Shown in pieces: positions 8,879 through 17,979 of a stretch of 64,000 nt of DNA. How positions within the stretch are numbered: position 1 is the first letter of the stretch; the number at the start of each line of letters is the position of its first letter. The position numbers and the translations under genes are program-made. Under the pieces are notes generated by a model that was not told the DNA's origin, searched no databases, and worked only from the letters and a program-made list of their open reading frames with translations. Source of the stretch: an uncultured virus (IMG/VR IMGVR_UViG_3300033072_000946) (lineage: Duplodnaviria; Heunggongvirae; Uroviricota; Caudoviricetes); IMG/VR virus record IMGVR_UViG_3300033072_000946. One strand, written 5' to 3'.

Positions 8879-9373
8879 CTACGTCAGGATAGCAGAAGTA
8901 GCGGAGCCGACGCCGGGGGCGCCACCGGGGGGCGCGGCACCCGCAACCCACTCCCTCACGTTGAGGATGCCAGGACGCGGTCGTACAACCGTCGGTCGGT
9001 CATGCCACGCCACCCAGGTGCATAGGGGGACATCCATCTCACCCAGGCGTAGCGTAACCGGATCAGGCAGCGTGAGCACCGTCCGGGCGTTCAGGGACGA
9101 CTTGAAGTCCTCCGGGTCTCGGAGCCAACGGATCGACAGGTACCCCCACCGGAACAGCCAATACATCCGGACGATCGAGCTGTGCCGATCCTTGTTGGGG
9201 CGCAGCCCGAACGTCAGCTTCATGAACCGCTCGACGGCGTTGTCGTTGTAGCCGACGATCGCGACCGGGCGATGCTCGCGGACCTCCGCGCTCAGCCGGA
9301 CGAGACGAGCGGCCTGCCACTCGTCGGGTATCGACGCAGTACCCTTCTCGTCCTCGTCGAGGTAGAACCTCAC
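8879..9373 (-). CDS. Hypothetical protein
   Basis: GTG start overlapping the upstream TGA (GTGA). Confidence 0.6.
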   Translation of the reverse strand: MRFYLDEDEKGTASIPDEWQAARLVRLSAEVREHRPVAIVGYNDNAVERFMKLTFGLRPNKDRHSSIVRMYWLFRWGYLSIRWLRDPEDFKSSLNARTVLTLPDPVTLRLGEMDVPLCTWVAWHDRPTVVRPRPGILNVREWVAGAAPPGGAPGVGSATSAILT

Positions 9374-9630
9374 GACTTGACCTTCTCCTGGGCCTTGGCC
9401 TCGCGGAGAGCCTCGGTCTGCGCGCGGGCGATCTCCGACTTCGTCTCGAGTTCGCGGGACAGCGTCTGGAGGATCGTGACCAAGACCTTCGCCTCCTTGA
9501 TCGCGCGGTGGGCGTCGGAGCGCAGCCGGTCCGCCCAGAACAGGATCAGACCCGAGACACACATCATGGCGAGACCGATCCAGAAGAACGGTTCCTCGAT
9601 CGCCAGGAAGGCGTGGACAGCGTCAGGCAT
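9370..9630 (-). CDS. Hypothetical membrane protein with coiled coil
   Basis: FFWIGLAMMCVSGLILFW transmembrane segment; GGAG SD. Confidence 0.65.
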   Translation of the reverse strand: MPDAVHAFLAIEEPFFWIGLAMMCVSGLILFWADRLRSDAHRAIKEAKVLVTILQTLSRELETKSEIARAQTEALREAKAQEKVKS

Positions 9631-9925
9631 AGGGCCGTCTCCGTTCGTTGAGGAAGGCACCCAACATGTCGACGCCGACGCCTTCGAGGGTCGTCACCGC
9701 GAGCGCCTGCGTCGGGTCGCGGTAGCCGAGGTAGACGATCGAGATCCCGATGATGGCGTGGAAGTCCGGACCGTTGGCGAGGTGCTCGGCGAGATCCGAC
9801 AGCGAGTCGAGCTGGTACTCGACGTCGGTGGGGCCCGCCTCGGTGTTGTAGACGACGGTCGCTTCCCAGCGCGCGGTCGTGAAAAACTCCCGGACCTGTC
9901 CGTCCTGGTCTTTGAACTTGGACAC
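9623..9925 (-). CDS. Hypothetical protein
   Basis: GTG start with GGAGG SD; WEATVVYNTEAGPTDVEY. Confidence 0.65.
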   Translation of the reverse strand: MSKFKDQDGQVREFFTTARWEATVVYNTEAGPTDVEYQLDSLSDLAEHLANGPDFHAIIGISIVYLGYRDPTQALAVTTLEGVGVDMLGAFLNERRRPYA

Positions 9926-10036
9926 GTCACCCCCTCCAGTGATAAGCGAAGTACAGGGCGACGGCGACATAGGCGACAACGGCGCCAATGAGACCACCAC
10001 CGATGAACCAGAGAAACTCTTCCACGTCACACTCCC

Positions 10037-10384
10037 TTAAATCCACTTACAACCAAAACGACGAGGAAGCCGACGACCACCATGAGGAGAACGTGGGCGA
10101 GGATTGTCTCGGTACGGATGCGGGATCGGAACGACATTTCCGGGCTCGATTTTCTGAAAGAGGTAGCGTCTCCAGATTTCACGATCCTGATCTTCGAGAG
10201 CTTGAAGGACTCCCCGTTCCGACCACCCTTCCTTCAGGTATCTCTGGATCAAGGCAGCGGAGTATTTCGACAGCCCCTGGACAAGCGCCTCGCGGATCAC
10301 CTTGGGGAGACTGTCGTAAGAGGCCATCTCCTGTGCGAGCGTTGTCTCGAAGCAGCGCCCCTGTGCGCCCCGGTTAGTACCCAT
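10037..10384 (-). CDS. DUF6525-like hypothetical protein
   Basis: MASYDSLPKVIREAL motif. Confidence 0.6.
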   Translation of the reverse strand: MGTNRGAQGRCFETTLAQEMASYDSLPKVIREALVQGLSKYSAALIQRYLKEGWSERGVLQALEDQDREIWRRYLFQKIEPGNVVPIPHPYRDNPRPRSPHGGRRLPRRFGCKWI

Positions 10385-10399
10385 GATCGTCTCCCTTGG

Positions 10400-10951
10400 T
10401 CACAGGGAGACGATGACACAGCGCCAGTGTGATCTCAAGTCACGCTTCAGACCGTGGTTACCGAGTCCTTTCCACCAACACTTTGGGGATGACCGCGAAC
10501 CCTCCACGTTCGGGATGACGTGGATCGGGATACCGGCGATCCTCCGACCACGGTAGGGGTCGTTGACACCGACCGGGCCGACGTCGAAGCGCATGTAGTT
10601 TCGAACCTCCGGACAGCCCGCCAGTTCTCGGAAGTCCTTCGTCCCCATGATGATGACGGCCTCACCGTCCATGACGCGGAGAATGTGGTACTGGTCGACG
10701 GCGTCGAGGATGCGGTCCATCAGCGGCTTCGCCTCGCGCGCCTCGGGATAGAACGTCCACCGCGTCACCGTGATCATGTAGGGCTCCAAGAGACCCCACT
10801 TCTTCAGGCGGGCGTGCAGGAAGCGGGCGAACCATCCCGCCTTCTCCGACAGGAAGTGGTACCCGGCGACTTCGGTCCTGGTCCGGATCTCTTCGAGGCC
10901 GATGGGATTGATGGTGATCGTCTGCGGAAGCGGGCGGGCTTCGAGGTTCAC
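10400..10951 (-). CDS. Hypothetical protein, probably with a 1-bp frameshift near 10500
   Basis: The shifted frame continues GFAVIPKVLVERTR* (stop at 10458) after IPIHVIPNVE. Confidence 0.6.
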   Translation of the reverse strand: MNLEARPLPQTITINPIGLEEIRTRTEVAGYHFLSEKAGWFARFLHARLKKWGLLEPYMITVTRWTFYPEAREAKPLMDRILDAVDQYHILRVMDGEAVIIMGTKDFRELAGCPEVRNYMRFDVGPVGVNDPYRGRRIAGIPIHVIPNVEGSRSSPKCWWKGLGNHGLKRDLRSHWRCVIVSL

Positions 10952-11187
10952 AACCAGATCTCCTTCACAGTGATGGTAGCGCGCGTTTCCTCGTCCATCT
11001 CGTCGAGGTTCATGGTCGAGAGGTACCCGGTGGCGGAGGCGTGCGAGGGGAAAAGGAGCCACGTGTCGTCGTTCATGCCCGGCATCGGGCGACACCAGCG
11101 ATGACGCTGTGTGCGGTAGTATTCCGACCCCTTCGGCGTCGTGCACGAAACGACGTAGGTCGCGGTCTTCTCGGGCTTCTTCGACAT
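10948..11187 (-). CDS. Hypothetical protein
   Basis: ORF starts inside the repeated junction motif. Confidence 0.6.
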   Translation of the reverse strand: MSKKPEKTATYVVSCTTPKGSEYYRTQRHRWCRPMPGMNDDTWLLFPSHASATGYLSTMNLDEMDEETRATITVKEIWL

Positions 11188-11194
11188 CGGACCA

Positions 11195-11344
11195 TCACCC
11201 CTTCAAATAGACGTAGTAGCCATTCCCGTCCGTGTAGAGGCCGGGGCCCAGGATCGTGCGATAAAGGACCCAGCGCAGCGGCGAGACTCTCGCACGTCCG
11301 AGGTGGCGATAAAGCCAGAACGGAATTTTCACTCGCCGGGACAT
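11195..11344 (-). CDS. Small hypothetical protein (49 aa)
   Basis: MSRRVKIPFWLYRH...GYYVYLKG*; start and stop both lie in junction repeats. Confidence 0.6.
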   Translation of the reverse strand: MSRRVKIPFWLYRHLGRARVSPLRWVLYRTILGPGLYTDGNGYYVYLKG

Positions 11345-11351
11345 CGGACCA

Positions 11352-11543
11352 TCACTTATTCTGATCTTTCAAAGGCAGCCAGGAACGCGGCGCCCAACGA
11401 ACTCGACAGGTGTGCAGAAGCTTCTTCATCTCTTCGGCATCGCGACACGTCGCACCACAGTGCTCGCACACGTAACCGCGCCCCGGCGGCATGTACTGGC
11501 GCCACTCGTGACCGTCGTAAGGAACCAGATCGGGGATGGACAT
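11352..11543 (-). CDS. Small protein with CxxC motif
   Basis: GHEW...YVCEHCG. Confidence 0.6.
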   Translation of the reverse strand: MSIPDLVPYDGHEWRQYMPPGRGYVCEHCGATCRDAEEMKKLLHTCRVRWAPRSWLPLKDQNK

Positions 11544-11550
11544 CGGACCA

Positions 11551-11646
11551 TCACCTCTTCAACATCGTGACAAAAGCGAGGATGTAGATCGCGATAACGA
11601 TAGCCTCTAACGCGTCGGTGATTTGTTTGACTTCTGCCGGGCCCAT
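11551..11646 (-). CDS. Small membrane peptide (31 aa)
   Basis: MGPAEVKQITDALEAIVIAIYILAFVTMLKR*. Confidence 0.55.
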   Translation of the reverse strand: MGPAEVKQITDALEAIVIAIYILAFVTMLKR

Positions 11647-11648
11647 GA

Positions 11649-11858
11649 TCACCCCTTCCGTAGTGACGCTTTCCACCGGTCGTATTCACCGGACGGCTCT
11701 TTCTTGCGCTTCTCGACGACCTTCAGACCTGAGCGTTCCAGGTGCTGAAGGACGCGATCCGCGATCTTGTCCGCCTCTTCATCGTCAGCGATCGACAGCT
11801 CCATGATCATGCCCTCGGCGATGGCGCGAGAGATCGCTTTATGGGCTCGGTCGGTCAC
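11649..11858 (-). CDS. Hypothetical protein
   Basis: Translationally coupled ORF with phage-like codon usage. Confidence 0.6.
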   Translation of the reverse strand: MTDRAHKAISRAIAEGMIMELSIADDEEADKIADRVLQHLERSGLKVVEKRKKEPSGEYDRWKASLRKG

Positions 11859-12094
11859 GCCTTCTTCTCTTTCTGTCGGATCGCTCGAATGGCGCGCCGC
11901 ATGTTCGTTTGAGCGGTGGTCTGGAAATGCGGCGACGAGCGCACGCCCTTCGTTAAGCTGACCACCAGGACAATCTGCTGATCGTCCACCTCCCCGATAA
12001 GTCGCGCGTGCGGGGACCCGTTGTGCTCGATGCGGGGTTTCTTGATGCCCTCACGTTCGGCAATTCGGATAAATTCGCGCGCCGACTTGTTCAT
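11855..12094 (-). CDS. Small basic protein (weak HicA-like resemblance)
   Basis: GIKKPRIEHNGSPHARL...VVSLT pattern. Confidence 0.5.
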   Translation of the reverse strand: MNKSAREFIRIAEREGIKKPRIEHNGSPHARLIGEVDDQQIVLVVSLTKGVRSSPHFQTTAQTNMRRAIRAIRQKEKKA

Positions 12095-12097
12095 GGA

Positions 12098-12391
12098 TCA
12101 CCAGAATGTGTGGCTGTTGCCGTCTTTGTCGACGTAGGTGATGCCGACACCGCGTCGACAGGCCAGGAGAACGGACGCCAACGCCTCCCGGCGCTCGATC
12201 AGCGTGGTGCGCATCATGTCCAGACCCTTGACTTTCGGGTCGTTCGTATTGATGCCGACCTGGGCCAGCTCGTGGTTGCGGAAGGTGGTCAGCAGCTCGA
12301 TGCCCGCCGTCGTTTCCTTCAGACGACACTCCAACTCACGCTGGGTGTCGAACGCCAGTCCGCCTATGGTCCTCGTCTTCGCTTCGGGCAT
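12098..12391 (-). CDS. Hypothetical protein
   Basis: GGAG SD with CACACAC leader. Confidence 0.65.
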   Translation of the reverse strand: MPEAKTRTIGGLAFDTQRELECRLKETTAGIELLTTFRNHELAQVGINTNDPKVKGLDMMRTTLIERREALASVLLACRRGVGITYVDKDGNSHTFW

Positions 12392-12442
12392 CTTCGATCT
12401 CCGTGTGTGCTCAGATCACGCTACCACTGACGTAACGTCAGT

Positions 12443-12700
12443 TCAAGTCACCTTCGGGGACATGGTTGACGCTTCCTTCTGGCGTGCAAGCACCTCCAGA
12501 ACGAGGTCGGCGTGCTGGATCGCTGCGTGATTGTGGAGGCCTGACTGGTCTGGGAGCAGCATAGGGTCGATGCGCGGATTGGCGAGGATGCCGGTGAGGG
12601 CTGCGCAGATCAGGCGTTCCCGGAGAGTGGGCGTGTTCTCCTGGATCGTGAGTTCGAGGGACCGGAGCTGGTCCAGGAGATAGCTGTCTTGGTAGCTCAT
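12443..12700 (-). CDS. Hypothetical phage protein
   Basis: TLRERLICAALTGILANP...AIQHADLVL, a common phage small-protein pattern. Confidence 0.7.
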   Translation of the reverse strand: MSYQDSYLLDQLRSLELTIQENTPTLRERLICAALTGILANPRIDPMLLPDQSGLHNHAAIQHADLVLEVLARQKEASTMSPKVT

Positions 12701-12903
12701 GGTACTTCCTCAACAAGCGAGCGCCACGTCTTCGGCGCCTTCCAGGTCCCGTGACCGTGCTCGAACACGAAGTGTCCGGTCTCCTGCTCGTACCAGTCTC
12801 CTCCGAGCGAATAGACGAGACGTTTGTCGATGGTGGTGTGACCGCCGATCTTGGCGATCTCACCACGTCCGTTCTTGTACCGCTTCCCGATCTCGAGTTT
12901 CAC
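12697..12903 (-). CDS. Hypothetical protein
   Basis: KLEIGKRYKNGRGEIAKI...LVEE pattern. Confidence 0.65.
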   Translation of the reverse strand: MKLEIGKRYKNGRGEIAKIGGHTTIDKRLVYSLGGDWYEQETGHFVFEHGHGTWKAPKTWRSLVEEVP

Positions 12904-13258
12904 GACGCCATACTCTCTCTCTCATATCGGCGACGTCGACCCCGTGCTTCTCCAAGAGATCGAGCGCCTCGTCGGGGATCGAGAAGACGCCGTCGTAGTC
13001 GGTGAGCGTGCGCTTGCCCTTGACGTCGTACTCGAACCAGAGGCCGATCTCTTCGAAGAAGTCCGGCTCCTCGTCATCCTTCGCGACGCCGTCCGTCCAC
13101 ACGTCCCACTCGATGCAGCCCTCGCCGTTCTTGTAGAAGAACAGCCGCATCACGGAGAGCGCGTCGTCGGTGACGGGCGTGGTCCCGGATGTGCGTTCGA
13201 GGCTGATCGGCGAGCGGAACGTGTGCGTGTCGACGAGCGTGGTGTCCTGGTCGGCCAT
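12860..13258 (-). CDS. Hypothetical acidic protein
   Basis: EEIGLWFE...LTDYDGVFSIP; GGAG SD. Confidence 0.7.
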   Translation of the reverse strand: MADQDTTLVDTHTFRSPISLERTSGTTPVTDDALSVMRLFFYKNGEGCIEWDVWTDGVAKDDEEPDFFEEIGLWFEYDVKGKRTLTDYDGVFSIPDEALDLLEKHGVDVADMRERVWRRETRDREAVQERTW

Positions 13259-13312
13259 TGGTGTGCTCCGTGGTGTGCTCTGAACACACCCTAGATGGCG
13301 CCACGCCTGTTG

Positions 13313-16300
13313 TCACTTAGGATCACTAGGAGTGGTTACCACTTCCTTGTGGACGAGTTCGAGCTTATAGCGCGCACGCGGACGCGATTTGATTTTCAGC
13401 AGGCGGACATTGATCGTCTTGTCCGGGTCCTTCTTGTCCGGCACAGCGAACACACCCCTTCGGAAGTTCTTACTCAGTGACATTGAGACCACTTTCGTTT
13501 TCTCTTCGGAGGCGCGTGCTCTTGAAAGATCGATACCCCAGGCCGCCATATCGATAGCGTGAAACGAAGTCGGTGCCTCCGCGACGGTGATCAGATCCCG
13601 AACTTCGAAGGGGTCGGTGTCGAAATGCGTGTAGATATCGCTGATCAAGGCGGACTCTTCTTCGACCTCGATATCCTCGCTCTTTCGATAAGCGTCGGTG
13701 GTCGTCAAGAACGTGTCGAAACCGGCGGCTTCCATGATGCCGCCCATCACGTACGACCACCTGTCGAACGAATTCAGGTTGCGTCCCGAAGACGGGGGAG
13801 GACATCCCATCTTCACCCAGTTCAGGATGATGACATGGATCGCGCGCACCATCTTCAGGCGGTTCTCGGGCAACCACCGAGAGAGGTTGTGCTTGAAGTC
13901 CTTTCCGACGACGCGATCTGCAGCAGGGTTTGCCGTCGCGGCATCGAGGCGCAGCGGGATGATGCGGCGAACCAGCTCGCTCGCCATCTGAATGTCGTTG
14001 CCCGCGATCACCCACATACTGCGATTGTCGACGGTCACGGTCTTCGACTGTCCGAGGATGCGATCCGTCCACTTCGGAGACGTGAGCACCGCCGCGAGCG
14101 AAGCGCTGGTGATCTTGTGCCGAACGTTGTCGATGAAGTTGACCGGCGAACCGTTCAGAAGCGCGGCCATGATTGCCTTGCGCACTTCCTCTTCCTGCTG
14201 AGACAACGCGAAAGCCTTCGCGCGCTCACCAGTGAACGGGAAGCACACACAGTCCGCGAGGAAGCCAGCGCCCGTCCCCGGCTTGGACTTGTCGATCAGG
14301 TAGGCGGGCGTTGCCGTGCCGATGTAGTCCTGCACGAACGGCTGGACCATCATCGCCAGCGCGACGTGACGCGACGCGCGACCTCGCTCCAGGTTCGGCA
14401 GGGGGAACCCGTCCGCGTCGAGAACGTCCGACTTGATTTCCAGATGCTCAGATCCGTCGAACGCGTCTGAGAACGGGAAGTCACGGATGGCTTCGAAGAG
14501 CGTGGCGACCGCATCGTCGAGTGCGGCCTCGTCGACCTCGTCGAGCGTCGGCGCGTCTTCCAACTCCACGGGAGGATCGATCCAAGCCTTGATGCCAGGA
14601 TCGTACCCGGCCTCGGTGCGGATCGTGTTGTCCGTTGACAGGACCGGGACCTTGATCACACGCGTGATCTCTGGGAACCCGTGCATGTGTCCCATCATCA
14701 TCTGGAGCACGTACGTGGTCGGTTGTCCGGGCCGCACACCAGCGTCGGTGAGGCGCACGAACCTGATCCGGAACGTACTGAAGATCTTCGCGATGTCGCC
14801 TGCGCTCAGGATCGGCTCGAACGTCACCTCGCTCTCGACGCCGGTCTTGTACACGGGCAGTCCGCCGCTCTGCATGAAGACGCGCGGGTCCGCCTCGTTG
14901 CGGCGCTTCAACTGCGCATTCGCCACAGCGGACTGTACGTCAGCGAACCAGTCGAGTGAGATCGGCCCGTCATATGTGTTGACGTCGATCGTTGTGCCAT
15001 CCCCAAAAAGAGGGTTGTCGGCGTCTTGCCCATCAGCCTGCTCAGCCTCCCGCTGGCGGCGTTCCTCCGCTTTCCGCTCGATTTCTGCCTGCTTCCTTGC
15101 GGCACGGTGCCTCCGGCGCGCGGCGCGCAGATGTCCGCGTGCTTCTGCTTTGGACCGCCCCGCAAGCCGCGCGAGCAAATCACAAGCGTCATCGCTGCCG
15201 GGCCCCTCTTCGAGCGCGCCGAGTTCCTTGATCAGTGCATCGTATTCGTGAAGATCGTTTGGGCGGATGTTCTTGATCCGTGTTACGACGGAGTCCGGAA
15301 CGCCAGGGTACACGTCACTCATGACCGGTGGCGCCTCACGCTCAGGCACCTCGATCAGGAAGTCGTCGAGCTGCGTCAGCGGATCGGTGATCCCGAGTGC
15401 GACGAAGATCTTGTCACAGAAGAACGCACGATCGTTCTTGGACATCGAGATGCACGTCGCGTGGCGGCATCCCATGTGCCACGGCGTGATCCCGTCGGAG
15501 TCGAGGACCCAGAACGCGCGATCGTCCTGCTTCTGCTCCGTGTGGTTCTCTTCGTTCGGACAGCGATACTCGATCTTGCCCTCACCCGTGCGTGCTCGAA
15601 TGTCGTCGGGAGCGAGAGCTTCCAACATGGCGGCGGGGCGGAAGTTGAGTGAGTGCTGAGACAGGAACGCCATCATGTTCGGCGTCTTGAATTCGTGCCT
15701 TCCCGACTCGCCACCGTAGTTCGCGAATGCTGCAAGCGCCCGTGCCGTCCCGAAGTCGTAGGGGTTCCCCGGGACAAGACGCGTCTCGAACTTGTCGCGC
15801 AGCACCGTGTTCGGGACACGCGGGAAGTACATCAGACGCGAAGGGTCAGCACACGACGGATCGAAGGGGATCTGGAGATGGGCACACGTTGCGCGGTACA
15901 GCTCGGACCACTCCTTGATCCTCTCCTGGTGGGACGCCCCGACTGCGAAGTCGAACGGCTCCGCAAGCGGCAGCACGACGCGCATGCGGTGCATCTCCGC
16001 GTGTGTGACGACGTACTTGATGCCGCCTTCGCGGAAGTCGCGAACGTACGCGACGATGCTGTTGACGAACGACGGCAGCCAACCCTTCTCCTCGATGAAG
16101 TAGCGCTTGATCAGCTCCAACTCGTCAGCGGGCGCGTCCTTCAAGCGGCGTCGGAAGTTGATGAGCGCGCTCTCCGCGATCTCGGACTCCTCCTTGAGGT
16201 GGGAGTAGGTCGTGTAGATGAAGCCTGCGTAGCCGCTCGCGCGCAGCCTCTTCTCGACTTCATCGATCGTGATGCCGTTCTCGACGTCGATCAAGATGAT

Positions 16301-16507
16301 GTAGGTCTTACGCACGTTGCGTGCGATGCGCTGACCGCCGACCAGCGAGCCTTGGAGAAAGCACGTACCGTCCTTCTCTCCGACCGTTGGGCGAGACAGC
16401 GCCGCACACAGTTCATGGAAGCCGCTCTTGCGCGTCTCGAACGCCTTGTCTTGCTTGTTGCGACCCATGGCGATCTCGATCGCCGGGTTCGGAAGGAGAC
16501 CATCCAT
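13313..16507 (-). CDS. DNA primase (AEP/VirE-N-like, Zn-binding) fused to a helicase-like NTPase domain
   Basis: LIDVE, IYTTYSH, RMRVVLPL, DPSCADPSRLMYFP; CPNEENH/CRHATC; PGTGAG, FIDNV, DRILGQS. Confidence 0.8.
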   Translation of the reverse strand: MDGLLPNPAIEIAMGRNKQDKAFETRKSGFHELCAALSRPTVGEKDGTCFLQGSLVGGQRIARNVRKTYIILIDVENGITIDEVEKRLRASGYAGFIYTTYSHLKEESEIAESALINFRRRLKDAPADELELIKRYFIEEKGWLPSFVNSIVAYVRDFREGGIKYVVTHAEMHRMRVVLPLAEPFDFAVGASHQERIKEWSELYRATCAHLQIPFDPSCADPSRLMYFPRVPNTVLRDKFETRLVPGNPYDFGTARALAAFANYGGESGRHEFKTPNMMAFLSQHSLNFRPAAMLEALAPDDIRARTGEGKIEYRCPNEENHTEQKQDDRAFWVLDSDGITPWHMGCRHATCISMSKNDRAFFCDKIFVALGITDPLTQLDDFLIEVPEREAPPVMSDVYPGVPDSVVTRIKNIRPNDLHEYDALIKELGALEEGPGSDDACDLLARLAGRSKAEARGHLRAARRRHRAARKQAEIERKAEERRQREAEQADGQDADNPLFGDGTTIDVNTYDGPISLDWFADVQSAVANAQLKRRNEADPRVFMQSGGLPVYKTGVESEVTFEPILSAGDIAKIFSTFRIRFVRLTDAGVRPGQPTTYVLQMMMGHMHGFPEITRVIKVPVLSTDNTIRTEAGYDPGIKAWIDPPVELEDAPTLDEVDEAALDDAVATLFEAIRDFPFSDAFDGSEHLEIKSDVLDADGFPLPNLERGRASRHVALAMMVQPFVQDYIGTATPAYLIDKSKPGTGAGFLADCVCFPFTGERAKAFALSQQEEEVRKAIMAALLNGSPVNFIDNVRHKITSASLAAVLTSPKWTDRILGQSKTVTVDNRSMWVIAGNDIQMASELVRRIIPLRLDAATANPAADRVVGKDFKHNLSRWLPENRLKMVRAIHVIILNWVKMGCPPPSSGRNLNSFDRWSYVMGGIMEAAGFDTFLTTTDAYRKSEDIEVEEESALISDIYTHFDTDPFEVRDLITVAEAPTSFHAIDMAAWGIDLSRARASEEKTKVVSMSLSKNFRRGVFAVPDKKDPDKTINVRLLKIKSRPRARYKLELVHKEVVTTPSDPK

Positions 16508-16863
16508 CAGTTGCCTCTCCTGGGTAGATCTTTCTCAGTGTGCTGCCAAAATGGGAAGGGATTGGTTTTGTTTGGCTTCATCGTCAGGGCGTCACGCAGC
16601 TCCAAGAATGGGTGCTCTTCGTCCGCGACCTGAATGATGTAAAAGACGTTGGGGTAGCTCGGGTGTTTGAAGTGCGCGATGACGACACCACGCACTAGCA
16701 ATGCGGCGTTGATCGTGATCCAACACTGATCGCCGATATTGTAGCGAAGCTTTGCGGGACGTTTCCGAACCGCTTTTCTGGGGCGTTTCGCAGTGCGCTC
16801 GATGATGCGCAATGCGGCCTGATCGCCCTTTGCGTACGCTCCGTAATTCTTAGATCTTGGCAT
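16507..16863 (-). CDS. Hypothetical protein
   Basis: ORF coupled to the primase start (TGATG). Confidence 0.65.
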   Translation of the reverse strand: MPRSKNYGAYAKGDQAALRIIERTAKRPRKAVRKRPAKLRYNIGDQCWITINAALLVRGVVIAHFKHPSYPNVFYIIQVADEEHPFLELRDALTMKPNKTNPFPFWQHTEKDLPRRGN

Positions 16864-16866
16864 GGC

Positions 16867-17316
16867 TCAGGCCTTCACCCTTTCGAGGGCCTTTGCAATG
16901 ACCAGAGCCTTGATCGGAGGACCCGTATAGACGTCACATTCTGCGGCGATCCGGACGGCTTCTTTTGCCGTTCCGCCATACTTCAGCACGCCGAGTGCGA
17001 AGTGTCCGCCAGATCCGAATGTCGCCGGAAATGCGACCGGCTGTTCGTAAGGGGAGCCGCTTGTCCAGACGGACATTCGCCCGCGTTTGTTGATGCGGAA
17101 TAGCGACCAAGTACCGTCCGGCTTATGCTTGCGGTCGGCGCCTTCCTCGATCCAACGAAGCATAACCCCCATAGGCGGCCCGTCGCCCACTAACCCCCAG
17201 ATCCCTGACTTGTGAACTTGGACCTTCTCTTCTCCGACAGACGCGCGTTCGCCGTCCCCGATCGTCACCTGACTGTCCCAGGCGACCTCGGTCGTCGTTA
17301 CTGCGATAGTGCTCAC
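16867..17316 (-). CDS. HslV/proteasome beta-subunit-like Ntn hydrolase
   Basis: (M)STIAV...AWDSQVT, GLVGD, TFGSGGHFALG, EAVRIAAECDVYTG. Confidence 0.75.
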   Translation of the reverse strand: MSTIAVTTTEVAWDSQVTIGDGERASVGEEKVQVHKSGIWGLVGDGPPMGVMLRWIEEGADRKHKPDGTWSLFRINKRGRMSVWTSGSPYEQPVAFPATFGSGGHFALGVLKYGGTAKEAVRIAAECDVYTGPPIKALVIAKALERVKA

Positions 17317-17388
17317 GTTGTATGTCCTGCGCCGTGGTGCACCCCTGTTAAGGAGTGTTACCACAGGTCACACAACCGTGTCTAGTGG

Positions 17389-17979
17389 CTAGATGTCATT
17401 CAGCAGCGCGACTTGGTTCTCAGACGCCTCCACGTACCGCTCTGTGGACGACAGCGATGCGTGCCGCGCGAGCACCTGGACGTCGCGGATCGAGCAGCCG
17501 TGCTTCGACGCCTTGCGCGAAGCCCGCGTGATGAAGGTGCGGCGCCCGGAATGCGAGGACGCGCCTTCGAGCCCCACAGACCTATAGAGGCGGGAAACAT
17601 ATCGCTGAAGCGTGTTGCCTGTGACGGCGCGCTTGCCGGTGTCGACAAGCGGCTGGATGACGCGGGACTTCAGCGACACGGGCCGCTGCTTCTCCAGCTT
17701 CCGGTAGTAGTGGTAGAGCGAGATGTGGACAACCGGATGCATGGGCATGGTCGAGCCGCGCGACCGCTTCAAGGGCGGCACGTCGAAGTAATCAGCGCGC
17801 AGGCGTCCCGAGGCATCACACACATGCTCCCAGCGCAGCTTGGCAACCTCTCCGATGCGGAGACCCGCGTGGAAGGTGAGCGTGATGATCACGAAATCAC
17901 GTAGCGGTTCCTGGCTGTACTTGGCAACGTGTTCAAGAACGCGGTTCAACTCCTCGGGCCGCAGAGCCTTAGCCACCAT
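17389..17979 (-). CDS. Short tyrosine recombinase (catalytic domain only)
   Basis: AGLRIGEV, SSHSGRRTF, LARHASLSSTERY (R-H-R-H-Y intact). Confidence 0.9.
   Translation of the reverse strand: MVAKALRPEELNRVLEHVAKYSQEPLRDFVIITLTFHAGLRIGEVAKLRWEHVCDASGRLRADYFDVPPLKRSRGSTMPMHPVVHISLYHYYRKLEKQRPVSLKSRVIQPLVDTGKRAVTGNTLQRYVSRLYRSVGLEGASSHSGRRTFITRASRKASKHGCSIRDVQVLARHASLSSTERYVEASENQVALLNDI

Larger units (their letters stand above)
11183..11554 (-). repeat. Three identical 16-bp gene-junction motifs GTGATGGTCCGATGTC
   Basis: 11183-11198, 11340-11355, 11539-11554. Confidence 0.9.
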
